From assembly GCA_965223325.1 (NCBI GenBank), contig CBDCWI010000001.1, positions 480,001 to 544,000 of the forward strand: DNA of 64,000 nt. Direction: 5' to 3'. The DNA comes from Candidatus Multivoradales bacterium (GTDB lineage: Bacteria; Acidobacteriota; Thermoanaerobaculia; Multivoradales; Multivoraceae). The number at the start of each line of letters is the position of its first letter. Position 1 is the first letter of the stretch. Made by a program: the position numbers and the translations under genes. This document shows positions 39,773 to 49,035 of the stretch, one piece after another. The notes below the pieces were generated by a model. The model searched no databases. It saw nothing but the letters and a program-made list of their open reading frames with translations, and was not told where the DNA came from.

Positions 39773-41247
39773 TTCGAGGTGCCCGCCAGGAAGCGAAAGG
39801 CGAGGTCGGTGACGACGCGCTCGTTGCCGGTCAGAATGAGCCCGCCAACCAGAAACAAGAGCGCCGCGCTCACCGCCCGCAAGGCGCGCGTGAACGCCAT
39901 GCGCCTCGCGAGTGTCGGCTGAATGCGCGCGAAGCCCAGCGCGATCATCATCATCGGCACGGCAATGCCGAGCGAGTACAAGGTGAGGGTGATGAGCCCG
40001 GTGTACCAGGAGGTAATGCCGGCATAGACCAGCAGCGGATAGAGCACCGCCCCACCCATGCAGGTGAGACAGGCTGACGACAAGCCCATGCCGACCAGAA
40101 ACGAGTCGCGGGCCCGCAGGCCCTCGCCGTTGCGGGCGCGCTGCTGGCTCTCGAGCCGCCAACGTTTCAAGAGCCCTCCAGGCCGTGGCCCCGTGGGCTC
40201 ACCCCGCCGCCTCAATAGAGCAGGAAACCGATCGAGCAGACCGGAAACCCGAAGCGCAAAGTAGAGGATCAAGCTTCCACCGAAGACCTGGAAGATCTCG
40301 CCGTACTCGCCGAAAGGTCGCCGGACTCCTTCACCAATCAGGCCCACCGTCGCTCCGGAGACCGCATAGAGCAGGGTGAAGCCCACAACAAAAGCCGTGA
40401 GATTCGCAAGGACCTGGCGCTCTCGCCATCGCGCGCGGCCACCCGTACCGATAGAGAACGAACCGCGGGCCGATGGCTCCGAAGCATCGGCAGCGGTCAC
40501 GGTGCAAGCGATGATCGCGCTGTAGTAGAGGCTGAGCTCGAGGGCGCAGGGAGAAAGCACCACCAGAAGGGCACTGACCAACGCCAGGAACAGCGCCACG
40601 CGCACCGCCCAGCTCGTGCTGCCGGTGCCGGAAGTTTCAGGCAGGGGTAGCTGCCACTCGAAACGCCTCACCGGTGTCAGTCCCAGGTTGGTGGCTTCGA
40701 TCGAGAGGACCCCTTCGCTCTGGCGGAGGAAGAGCTCCCCAACCTGATCGCGAGCCGGAAACAGCACGAGGTAGGCGTTGTGATGCTGCGAGAGGACGAT
40801 CGGCTCGCTGAGCGACGGGTACCGCTGCCCCGACGGCCCAACGAGCGACAAGGTGTTGGGAAGGTGATGCATGTGCTCGATCGTGCCGGTGTGGGTGTTG
40901 AGCCCCACCAGGACCGGCAGCACCGTCTGCGGGTCACGCTCGCCGAGATAGCGCTCGAGTTTTCGGCTCTCGAGGAAACTCGGAGTGACCAGGGTGAGAT
41001 CGAGGTAGAGGTCGTCAAAGCCCGCACGGTCGGCATCACTTCGCTGCAACTCCGACGGCGGATGGGCAGCCTGAAAGCGCGGAATGAAGACCAGCCCAGC
41101 GAGAAACAGAAGCACCATGATGAGCAGTCCGCCGCACACGGCGAGCCAGGCGCCACGGCCCCGCCGGGGGTTCTCTTCTGGCTCGACGGCCGGCGGAGGC
41201 TTTTCTGTCCCGGGACCCAGCGGCTCGGAGCGTACAGGTAGAGTCAC
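39760..41247 (-). CDS. His-rich periplasmic domain fused to CcdA/DsbD-type transmembrane thiol reductase
   Basis: NTHTG, HMHH, SQHH; TM domain with LSPC, FVVGFTLLY, CLTCMG, YSLGIAVPM. Confidence 0.72.
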   Translation of the reverse strand: MTLPVRSEPLGPGTEKPPPAVEPEENPRRGRGAWLAVCGGLLIMVLLFLAGLVFIPRFQAAHPPSELQRSDADRAGFDDLYLDLTLVTPSFLESRKLERYLGERDPQTVLPVLVGLNTHTGTIEHMHHLPNTLSLVGPSGQRYPSLSEPIVLSQHHNAYLVLFPARDQVGELFLRQSEGVLSIEATNLGLTPVRRFEWQLPLPETSGTGSTSWAVRVALFLALVSALLVVLSPCALELSLYYSAIIACTVTAADASEPSARGSFSIGTGGRARWRERQVLANLTAFVVGFTLLYAVSGATVGLIGEGVRRPFGEYGEIFQVFGGSLILYFALRVSGLLDRFPALLRRRGEPTGPRPGGLLKRWRLESQQRARNGEGLRARDSFLVGMGLSSACLTCMGGAVLYPLLVYAGITSWYTGLITLTLYSLGIAVPMMMIALGFARIQPTLARRMAFTRALRAVSAALLFLVGGLILTGNERVVTDLAFRFLAGTSKWLA

Positions 41248-41879
41248 GGCGCGCTCCCGGCGGCGGCACCGCGGCGGCGCGAGCCGAACAAGAAGCAGGC
41301 GGTCATGACAAGCGCTCCCAAGAGTGACCAGCCGCCAGCTCCGAGACTCATCCAGGCGTCGAAGTTCGCCACCTGAACATGCCCCAGGATTGGCGGCGTG
41401 AAGTTCTCGACTCCCTCCATGACTTCGTCGGCGCGCTCGTGCCCCATCTGATACAGCCGATACTGGAGAACCGCTGCGGCACAACCTGAAACGGCCAATC
41501 CCAGAAGAAGGAGCGCCGCCGCGGCTCGCGGCAACAGACGGCGGGGTGCTCCTGCTGTCAGAAATGCCAGGACGGCAAGCAGTCCGAGCGCCCAGGGCAA
41601 AAGGCGCGTTTCGGGACCGTCCAACGGCAAGACGACGCCGACGTACTGGTTGAGGATGTCAATCTCCTGGAGATCACCCTCGATGCGGCCCGCCGACACC
41701 GTCACGGAAAGCGCTTCATCACCGCGGTACTGAGGGGCAACCATCTGAGTCCTCCAGAGCGGTAGAAAACAGCTGAGCACAAACAGTACCGCGGCGGTGA
41801 TCAACCAGGACCGGCCGCCCCTCGCGGCGCGGACGATCCAGGGAACAGGCTCGGAGCTCTCGCTGTCGTTAGCGGCCAC
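41244..41879 (-). CDS. nosB: NosB-like membrane protein of clade II nos clusters
   Basis: PLWRTQMVAPQY, DLQEIDILNQYVG, LQYRLYQMGH, PPILG..QVANF; directly after nosZ. Confidence 0.72.
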   Translation of the reverse strand: MAANDSESSEPVPWIVRAARGGRSWLITAAVLFVLSCFLPLWRTQMVAPQYRGDEALSVTVSAGRIEGDLQEIDILNQYVGVVLPLDGPETRLLPWALGLLAVLAFLTAGAPRRLLPRAAAALLLLGLAVSGCAAAVLQYRLYQMGHERADEVMEGVENFTPPILGHVQVANFDAWMSLGAGGWSLLGALVMTACFLFGSRRRGAAAGSAP

Positions 41880-43677
41880 CACCGGCCGCCTCACCGCCCG
41901 CACTATGCGGCTCGACCAGCATGCGCCCCCTCATCTCGAGGTGAAGCGCCGAGCAGAACCAGGTGCAGTAGTACCAGAACGTCCCCGGCCGATCGGCAAC
42001 GAACGTCACGTCTCGTGTCTGGCCGGGGTCGAGCGCGACGTTGATGCCATAGGAGTCGATGGCCAGACCGTGCGACATGTCGCGAATGGTCTCGATATTG
42101 GTCGTGCGGATCGTCACCGTGTCGCCCTCTTTGACGGTGAACGACGGCAGCCCGTACTTCGAACGAATCGCCGTCATGTAGACCATGACCTCGTTCGGTC
42201 CGACCCGCTCGATTCGGCTCTCGCCTTCGGCAACCGCCTCGGGGCTCAACTCCTCGGTCTGGATCACATGCGGCGTCAGATCCGAGGCCAGCATGAACAC
42301 CGCATCGTGCGGTTCGGGCTCCGCCGGAAACGAGCTCAGAAGGCGCATCTGGCTGCCCGAGATGTCGATCAACTCCTGATTCTCGGGCATCGTCGGCCCG
42401 ACCGGGAGAAACATGTCCTTCGAGAGCTTGTTGAGAGCCAACAGATACTCGCCGGTGGGATGCATGGTCTCGGCGAGGGTCGCCTGGGTGTGGCCGACGT
42501 TGTAGTGTACATCGACACGATCGAGAATGTAGTCCGGATCAGCTGCCACCGCCTTGTCGATGTTCCACTTGACGATCTGCGAGTCGACGAACAGCGACGT
42601 GTAGGCGTTGCCTTCTCCGTCGAAGGTCGTATGCAAGGGGCCGAGGCCGACCTCGGCCTCAGCGGCGATCGCCAGGCGCGTGTTCTCCACTTTGTCGATC
42701 TGCGAGATGTCGATGATGGTGACCGTCGGCGAGAGTTTTCCCGACCCGATGACGTAGCGGCCGGTCGGGTCGACGTCGCACCCGTGGGGGTTCTTGGGCA
42801 CCGGAATCACGTAGAGAATCTTAGAGCTCGTCGCGCGCGGATCGAGGACACGCACGCCGTCGATCTCTTCGTACTCGCGGCGATCGAGGGCGTCTTCGGC
42901 GGCGCGAATGTCGATCGCGATGATCGCGTCTTCATCGAGGCGAATCATCTCTTCGACGGTCAGCCCTCCCTCGAGGTTGTAGACCGTGGCAAAGGCCCAG
43001 CGCCCGTCTTTGCTCGAATCGTTGATGTCGGCATTGCCGGGCAGCAGCACCTCGAACTCGACCGCCAGGCTCTCGGGCTCGAGAAACGCCATCACTGCGC
43101 CGTAGCCTTCGTCGTCGGTCTTGTTGCGCGGGATCTCGGCGCGGAACTCACCGTTGACGATGATGTACGAGGTGTCGGGCGACACCACCGCGATCCCGTG
43201 GGTACCGTAGAGATTCGGAATCTTCTCGATGGCAGCGGTTTCGAACGTATCGAGCTCGATCCGTGCAATGCGACTGTTGGCCTTGTCGTTGATCCACAGC
43301 CAGCGGCCGTCGTAGTCGCCCGCCGTCTCCGAAAGGATCGGGTGATGGGTATCTCCCCAGAACGGACCGCTGGCTCTCAAGCGCTCATAGGTCTCGGTTC
43401 CCGGCACGTTGGCGTAGCCGTAGCCGGCGCGCGGTTCGAACACCGGGATCTGGCGCAGGTAGCGACCCGACGGCAGGCCATAGACATAGACCGACCCGCT
43501 CTGCCCGCCGGAGAGGAAAGCGTAGTACTTGTCCCACTCGCCCACCGGCACATAGACGTCGGCGGCCAGGTCTCCACTCGGCGCCGCGTGCTCCTCTGGT
43601 GGTCCTCCACATCCCGCGAGCGCGAGCACCGCGAGCGCGACGAAGGCCGGGAGGATCCTGGTGCTTGGTTCGTTCAT
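41869..43677 (-). CDS. nosZ: Clade II (Sec-dependent) nitrous oxide reductase, lipoprotein
   Basis: YAFLSGGQSG..VYGLPSGR; CuZ His motifs DTHHP, THG, PHGC, GPLHT, VGH, EPHD; CuA SHG..CTWFCSALHLEM; LAGC lipobox, no twin-arginine. Confidence 0.95.
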   Translation of the reverse strand: MNEPSTRILPAFVALAVLALAGCGGPPEEHAAPSGDLAADVYVPVGEWDKYYAFLSGGQSGSVYVYGLPSGRYLRQIPVFEPRAGYGYANVPGTETYERLRASGPFWGDTHHPILSETAGDYDGRWLWINDKANSRIARIELDTFETAAIEKIPNLYGTHGIAVVSPDTSYIIVNGEFRAEIPRNKTDDEGYGAVMAFLEPESLAVEFEVLLPGNADINDSSKDGRWAFATVYNLEGGLTVEEMIRLDEDAIIAIDIRAAEDALDRREYEEIDGVRVLDPRATSSKILYVIPVPKNPHGCDVDPTGRYVIGSGKLSPTVTIIDISQIDKVENTRLAIAAEAEVGLGPLHTTFDGEGNAYTSLFVDSQIVKWNIDKAVAADPDYILDRVDVHYNVGHTQATLAETMHPTGEYLLALNKLSKDMFLPVGPTMPENQELIDISGSQMRLLSSFPAEPEPHDAVFMLASDLTPHVIQTEELSPEAVAEGESRIERVGPNEVMVYMTAIRSKYGLPSFTVKEGDTVTIRTTNIETIRDMSHGLAIDSYGINVALDPGQTRDVTFVADRPGTFWYYCTWFCSALHLEMRGRMLVEPHSAGGEAAGGGR

Positions 43678-44876
43678 CCCGCAGGCTCCACGATGAGAGT
43701 GCCGTTCATGTTTGGGTGTAGCGGCCCGGTGCTGCACTGCGAGGCGCAATAGAAGACAAAGGTACCCGCCTTATCGGCCACAAAAGTCACCGACTTGGGG
43801 CGCTGCACCATCGCGCCGTTGATGAACGCCGCACGGTCGTAGCCGTCGATTGCAAAGCCGTGGCCTGCACCAACACCGTTGTCGGTCGGCTGGAAGTTGA
43901 TCCGCACGACCTGCCCCTCCTGCACACGAATCTCGTTCGGTACGAACTTCCAGTTGCGTTCCAGAAGCTCGACGACCACGTCCGGCTCCCCTAGCGACTC
44001 ACCCTGAACCGCCGCGGCCGGAGTTCCGGTCGAGGACATCTTGTGCTCCGCGAAGCTCATCACGTAGGCCGCCAGGTCCCAGATCTGCTCGGGCTCGTAG
44101 GCGAAGTGAAACGACGGCATGGGCGTACCGTTGTTGCCTGTATGAATCGTGAGCGCAACGTCGGAAAGTGTGTAGCCGCGCTTGAACTGGCCGATCTTGT
44201 GGAAGTTACGAGGCAGGAGAGGATTCCCGAAGTCGTCTTCGATCTCGGCTGCCGACGGCCCATCTCCGTAGCCCAGGGCACCGTGGCACTTGTCACAGTT
44301 GGCTTCGAGATAGAGCGCCCTACCTCGTTCGATGGCCTCGTCTGTGAGTTCCGGTGGCGAGCCCAGCTCGACGATGTCATCGATGGGATCCTCGAAGTAC
44401 TCCGAGAACTTCTTGATGTAGTGCACCACCGCCCAACGGTCCTCCTCGCTCAAGAGGAACTGCCATGGCGGCATACCGGTCCCGTGAAGCCCCGCGGAGA
44501 CCGTTCGAAACAGATCCTGATCCGTGGGCATCTGCTCCTCAGCCGTGGTCTTGAAACGAAACAGTCCGGAGGTAAAGTCGCGTGGCTGGGGCGACATGAA
44601 AGGGGCGCAGACTCCCCCGCCTTCACCTCCCTCACCGTGGCAGGCTGCACAGTTCTCGAGGTACACCTGCTCGCCGCGTTCGAGATCAGGATCAGGTGCT
44701 TCGACCGCCGGAGTCGCGAGCCCGGTCCACGAAATGCGGGTGCCAGCTGGCTCGGCGGTTCTACCGGTCGACACCGCAGACGGCTCGGCTTCGCAGGCGA
44801 GCAGCAAGAGAATCGCCAGCACTGAAAAAACGGCTACAGGCTTCGTCGGCAATCCCAACGCTTCTCTCGGCCGCAT
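43674..44876 (-). CDS. Lipoprotein diheme cytochrome c fused to CuA-like cupredoxin domain
   Basis: LLAC lipobox; CAACH and CDKCH; C-terminal GHGF..CASQCSTGPLHPNM; stop overlaps nosZ ATG. Confidence 0.82.
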   Translation of the reverse strand: MRPREALGLPTKPVAVFSVLAILLLLACEAEPSAVSTGRTAEPAGTRISWTGLATPAVEAPDPDLERGEQVYLENCAACHGEGGEGGGVCAPFMSPQPRDFTSGLFRFKTTAEEQMPTDQDLFRTVSAGLHGTGMPPWQFLLSEEDRWAVVHYIKKFSEYFEDPIDDIVELGSPPELTDEAIERGRALYLEANCDKCHGALGYGDGPSAAEIEDDFGNPLLPRNFHKIGQFKRGYTLSDVALTIHTGNNGTPMPSFHFAYEPEQIWDLAAYVMSFAEHKMSSTGTPAAAVQGESLGEPDVVVELLERNWKFVPNEIRVQEGQVVRINFQPTDNGVGAGHGFAIDGYDRAAFINGAMVQRPKSVTFVADKAGTFVFYCASQCSTGPLHPNMNGTLIVEPAG

Positions 44877-45066
44877 GACCCTGAGCTCCTGTGGGCATTG
44901 AAGGGAGGTTCTCAACAGGCTAGACAGGTGCCATCGCGGGGGATAGCTGCGGATTCCCGCAGGCAGTCGCAACCGACACCCAAGTCGATCCTCGACCGAT
45001 CGGGACCACAATCGCCACCCCAGGCGCGAAAGCACCGTCAGGTGAGTCCGCTACGATTCGGCTGAC

Positions 45067-46059
45067 GTGGGCATCGCAGCACCAGTTCAGAGGGCATTGT
45101 TGTCCGGGGCTCTATTCTCGTTCGCCGCTCTGTGGACGCTGGTTGCGGGCGTGTCCGCAGCTGAAACCGACACCACCGCGGCACCGCGCACCGCCGCTGG
45201 CAAGCCGGACCTCGACGGGCTCTGGGACTTCTCCACCCCGGTGCCACTCGAACGACCCGAAGAGGTGGGCGACCGCGCGCTTCTCACTGACGAGGAAGCG
45301 GCGGAGGTCGAAGCGCGCGCCGCAAATGCCCCGCGCGGAGTCTGGTCGGAAGAGACCGCAGGACTTTCTGGCGATCGCCGCACCTCGCTGATCTCAGATC
45401 CTCCGAACGGCCGTTTGCCCGCGACTCGTCCCGGCGTGGTGGTTCAGAGACCGGAGGAGGCCCTCGCGGTCTCGGCGCCCGTTCGCATCAAGGTCGGCGG
45501 CATCGGCACCGACGGGCCCGAGAACCGCGGGCTCTCAGAACGCTGCCTCCTGGGCTTCAACGCCGGACCGCCGATCGTGCCGGGTTTCTACAACCAGAAC
45601 CTCCGTATTGTCCAAAGCGACGACCACGTGGTGCTCTTGACCGAGATGATCCACGATGCACGCATCGTTCCCCTCGCCGACTCGCCGGCAGTCGAGCCAC
45701 TACCGCAGCCGAGGCGCTGGATGGGTACATCCGTCGGCTATTGGGATGGCGACACCCTGGTGGTCGAGACGCTGGGCTGGAAGGACCAAGTCGGCAGTTT
45801 TTCACCGACCCCGTTCGCTGCGACTGGATCGGCGCGCGACATGCACCTCACCGAGCGACTACGTCGGCTCGACCGCGATCGCTTGCGCTACGAGTTCACC
45901 GTCGATGATCCCGCAACCTGGGAGCGTCCGTTCACTGGCGTGCTCCTTTTGAAGCGCAGCACACAGCGAATCTACGAGTACGCCTGTCATGAGGGCAACT
46001 ATCCGCTTCGTCACATTCTGCAGGCGGCGAGAGCGCTCGAGAAGGAGGTTCCACCATGA
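45067..46059 (+). CDS. Secreted hypothetical protein (GKPDL.G.W ... EYACHEGN family)
   Basis: Signal peptide; PRT..GKPDLDGLW, ERCL, GYWDGDTLVVET, EYACHEGN. Confidence 0.75.
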   Translation: MGIAAPVQRALLSGALFSFAALWTLVAGVSAAETDTTAAPRTAAGKPDLDGLWDFSTPVPLERPEEVGDRALLTDEEAAEVEARAANAPRGVWSEETAGLSGDRRTSLISDPPNGRLPATRPGVVVQRPEEALAVSAPVRIKVGGIGTDGPENRGLSERCLLGFNAGPPIVPGFYNQNLRIVQSDDHVVLLTEMIHDARIVPLADSPAVEPLPQPRRWMGTSVGYWDGDTLVVETLGWKDQVGSFSPTPFAATGSARDMHLTERLRRLDRDRLRYEFTVDDPATWERPFTGVLLLKRSTQRIYEYACHEGNYPLRHILQAARALEKEVPP

Positions 46060-47006
46060 GCTCGGTTCTGCGCCTCCTTAGCGCGATTGTCATCACCGGG
46101 TGCATCTTCGCAACCGCTGTCGGCTCGGCACTGCCGGCACAAAGCGAAGACGAGGAGGTCGACTGGACACAGTTCGTCCAGCGAACGACCCTCGACGGCC
46201 GGCGACTGCACTACGTCCTGCACCCACAACGAGATGTAGAGGCAACCGCTGCGCACGGACCGGCGATCGTTCTGGTTCCGGGCTGGGCCTCGAACAGCTG
46301 GGCGTGGCACAAGCAGAGCCTCACCTTGAGCGACATCGGCCTACCGGTGATCTCGTTTGCGCCGCCGGGTTCAGGGTCCTCACAGGCCCCTCCCGACCCG
46401 CTGACCACCTACACGCTCGACTTCCTGGTCGACGGCGTCAAGAAGGTTCTCGACCACAGCGGCCACCAGCGAGCGATCGTGATGGGTCACTCCAACGGCG
46501 CAGCGGTGGCGCAGCGCTTCTATCGGCGCTTCCCCGAGAAGACGGCCGCCATCGTGTCGATCGACGGCGCCCTACAACCGCTGCTCGAACAGGCGACAGT
46601 CGAGCAGATGGTCGAGCCGCTGCGCTCCGACTCCTGGCGTGAATTCGTCACCCAGATGATCGGCTCGATGCAGACCAGCGCACTTACCGAAGACGAGCGC
46701 CAGGGCCTCGTGACCATGGCGACCCACTACGGCCCCGAGATCCTGGTTGCCACCGCCCTCACCGCCGCGGACCCTCAGATGTGGGGCGACGAACCGATTA
46801 CGGTACCCGTTCTGGCGATCAAGGCGAAGCAACCGACCTGGTCGGCTGCCTACGAAGCAGAGGTACGCGCCCTGGCACCAAAACTGGACTATCGGGTCTG
46901 GGAAGGAGTCGGCCACTTCATCCAACTCGAACGACCCGATGAACTCGAGGCGGCGCTCAGGGAGTTTCTCGTCGACTACGAGTTCATCGAGGGCAACCCG
47001 AACTAG
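46056..47006 (+). CDS. Secreted alpha/beta hydrolase
   Basis: LVPGW, GHSNG nucleophile elbow, GHFIQLERP. Confidence 0.88.
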   Translation: MSSVLRLLSAIVITGCIFATAVGSALPAQSEDEEVDWTQFVQRTTLDGRRLHYVLHPQRDVEATAAHGPAIVLVPGWASNSWAWHKQSLTLSDIGLPVISFAPPGSGSSQAPPDPLTTYTLDFLVDGVKKVLDHSGHQRAIVMGHSNGAAVAQRFYRRFPEKTAAIVSIDGALQPLLEQATVEQMVEPLRSDSWREFVTQMIGSMQTSALTEDERQGLVTMATHYGPEILVATALTAADPQMWGDEPITVPVLAIKAKQPTWSAAYEAEVRALAPKLDYRVWEGVGHFIQLERPDELEAALREFLVDYEFIEGNPN

Positions 47007-47050
47007 CTCGCCGAAGAGACGGTGAGTCGCCGGGTTGCTACGATTCCTGG

Positions 47051-48859
47051 ATGGCGACGAGATCTTCGGGCGGACAGTTCCGGGCGTGCCGAGCACGGCG
47101 CGCCGTGCTCGTGGGGGCGACCATCCTGCTGGTCGCCGGCGGACCTTCAGGTCTCGGCGCGCAGGCTTGCGATTTCCGCTCGCTCGCCTCTCCGTGGCCC
47201 GGCTGGGTTCCCGACTGGCCCGGGCAGGGCCGAAACGCCAACGGCAAGACGTCATTTCGAGTCTTCGCCTCCGGGTCAGAGATCGAGAACCTCCACGTCG
47301 AGACACTCGACGCCACCGCAGTCGTGCTGGCGTGGTCGACGGCGGGCGACACCGACTCGGCGGTCGCCTGGTCGTCTGAGCCCACGGGCTGCGAAGTCGG
47401 CTTCCAGCGCAGCGGCGGCCGCCAGCTCCACCGCATGGTCCTTGCACCGCTTGCCCCGAACACGACCTACTGGGCGACGGTGCGGTCTCGCGACGAGAAC
47501 AGCCAGGACACTGAACAGATCTCATTCACCACGCCTCTGCGATCGCCAGCCACCACCCTCAGCTCGTGCCAGGCGATCACCGAGCCCGGCAGCTACCGGG
47601 TCGACAGGAACCTCATCGCACCCTGCACCTGCTTCACCCTCGGCGACGTAGAAGGGGTTGCCATCGACTTCGACTGGCACACCATCCGCTACGCACAGTC
47701 AGATGCAGCGAACGAGTGCCACGCCGTCGAGGTGAGCTACAACACGCGCGATGTCGCAATGCGTAACGGCGTCCTGGTGCAAGGCGACGCCGGCGGCGCA
47801 ACCTACAGCGATGCGATCTTCAACAACTCAGGTGCCGAGATGCTCTTCGAGCGCCTGTGGATCCACGTCTCGAAGTCGGACGCTTCGGGGATCAGGAGCA
47901 TCTTCTCCAACGGCACCATCGCCCGCGACCTGATCGTCGCTTCCGAGGTTCCACACGTGACCAACCGTCACTACCCGGGAAACGCCGGGTTGTTTCTCAG
48001 CGGTTTCCGTACCGATGACAGCGATGACGCCGCCGACCTCTTCTCCATGGAGGTCCACGACAACTTCCTGTTCGGCTTCCCGCAGTGGGGGATCATTCTC
48101 TTCGGTGGTAACCCGCGCAACACCGCGCCACCCGCCGGCGCCCTGCGCGAGGTCTACAACAACCACCTGTTCGGCAACATGATTGCCTCGAACGGCTACG
48201 GCATCGCCGCCTACATCAACCGCGTTGCGATTCACCACAACGAGATCAGGCCGCCCTACAACGGGCGCGGCATCCACCTCACCCACACCGGCTCCACAGT
48301 CACCAAGAACATCGTGCAGACGCTAGAGCGCATTCAAGGCGATCCGGCCGAAGGCTACGTCGACTATTCAGACAAGCACGACGACGCGTCACCCCACGGC
48401 GCCGACGTCTGCGAGTGGCTTCCCGGCCACGGCATTCGCGTCGAAGACGGACGCTACGCCACGATCACCGCCAACGAAGTCCTGGTCGAGACCCTTCCGC
48501 GGGTCACCCTGGGCGCCGTCGGCCTCGACGTGAGCATCTACCCCGAGAACGGCGGACCACTGTCGGGAAGCCAGGTCAACGCCTCGAACAACCATTTCGT
48601 CGCCTGTCGAGCCGAGGGCATGATCTCCTGCCCACGGGAGATTCCGATCTTCGCCGGTTGGTACTGGGGTGAGGCGCCGCTCAGTGCCGGTACGGTCACC
48701 GGAAACCGCTTTCAATCGAATGCCACACCCCTCGAAATCGAACCGGGGCTCGCCAGCGCATCGGGCAACACGCTGGTGAGCGAGAATTGCATCGTGCCCA
48801 TCATGTCGAGCGGTTTCGAGACCGGCGCGCCCGACCGCTGGAGCCGCACGGTTCCGTAG
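47051..48859 (+). CDS. Secreted FN3-like + beta-helix protein with C-terminal SGFE tail
   Basis: Signal peptide; LAPNTTYW FN3-like segment; ITEPGSY and beta-helix repeats; ends IMSSGFETGAPDRWS. Confidence 0.72.
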   Translation: MATRSSGGQFRACRARRAVLVGATILLVAGGPSGLGAQACDFRSLASPWPGWVPDWPGQGRNANGKTSFRVFASGSEIENLHVETLDATAVVLAWSTAGDTDSAVAWSSEPTGCEVGFQRSGGRQLHRMVLAPLAPNTTYWATVRSRDENSQDTEQISFTTPLRSPATTLSSCQAITEPGSYRVDRNLIAPCTCFTLGDVEGVAIDFDWHTIRYAQSDAANECHAVEVSYNTRDVAMRNGVLVQGDAGGATYSDAIFNNSGAEMLFERLWIHVSKSDASGIRSIFSNGTIARDLIVASEVPHVTNRHYPGNAGLFLSGFRTDDSDDAADLFSMEVHDNFLFGFPQWGIILFGGNPRNTAPPAGALREVYNNHLFGNMIASNGYGIAAYINRVAIHHNEIRPPYNGRGIHLTHTGSTVTKNIVQTLERIQGDPAEGYVDYSDKHDDASPHGADVCEWLPGHGIRVEDGRYATITANEVLVETLPRVTLGAVGLDVSIYPENGGPLSGSQVNASNNHFVACRAEGMISCPREIPIFAGWYWGEAPLSAGTVTGNRFQSNATPLEIEPGLASASGNTLVSENCIVPIMSSGFETGAPDRWSRTVP

Positions 48860-48945
48860 CACCCACAACTCCGCAGCGCTTTTTCACAGCCACGCCGCTC
48901 GCACCCGCGAACGCGAACGAACTGCGTGGTTCATGATCTATCGCA

Positions 48946-49035
48946 GCCACTCCTCCCGAAATCGAACCGGGGCTCGCAGGCGCATCAGGGCAACACCTTG
49001 GTGAAGAAAACCGCATCGTGGCCATCATGTCGAGC
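48946..49035 (+). repeat. Degenerate tandem copy of 48722-48811 (3' end of preceding gene)
   Basis: Shared blocks CGAAATCGAACCGGGGCTCGC, GGGCAACAC, GCATCGTG, CCATCATGTCGAGC with substitutions and indels. Confidence 0.8.

Noticed and set aside
41869-43677. Novel clade III / lactonase-type NosZ
   Set aside because: Sequence has standard clade II N-terminal motifs and canonical CuZ/CuA ligands
41797-43752. 651-aa plus-strand ORF and similar long antisense ORFs (e.g. 33088-34134, 29616-30539)
   Set aside because: Shadow frames of real genes, expected in high-GC DNA; no motifs
44898-44915. FNR/DNR box upstream of nos (TTGA..TCAA)
   Set aside because: Spacing is 10 nt rather than the TTGAT-N4-ATCAA geometry
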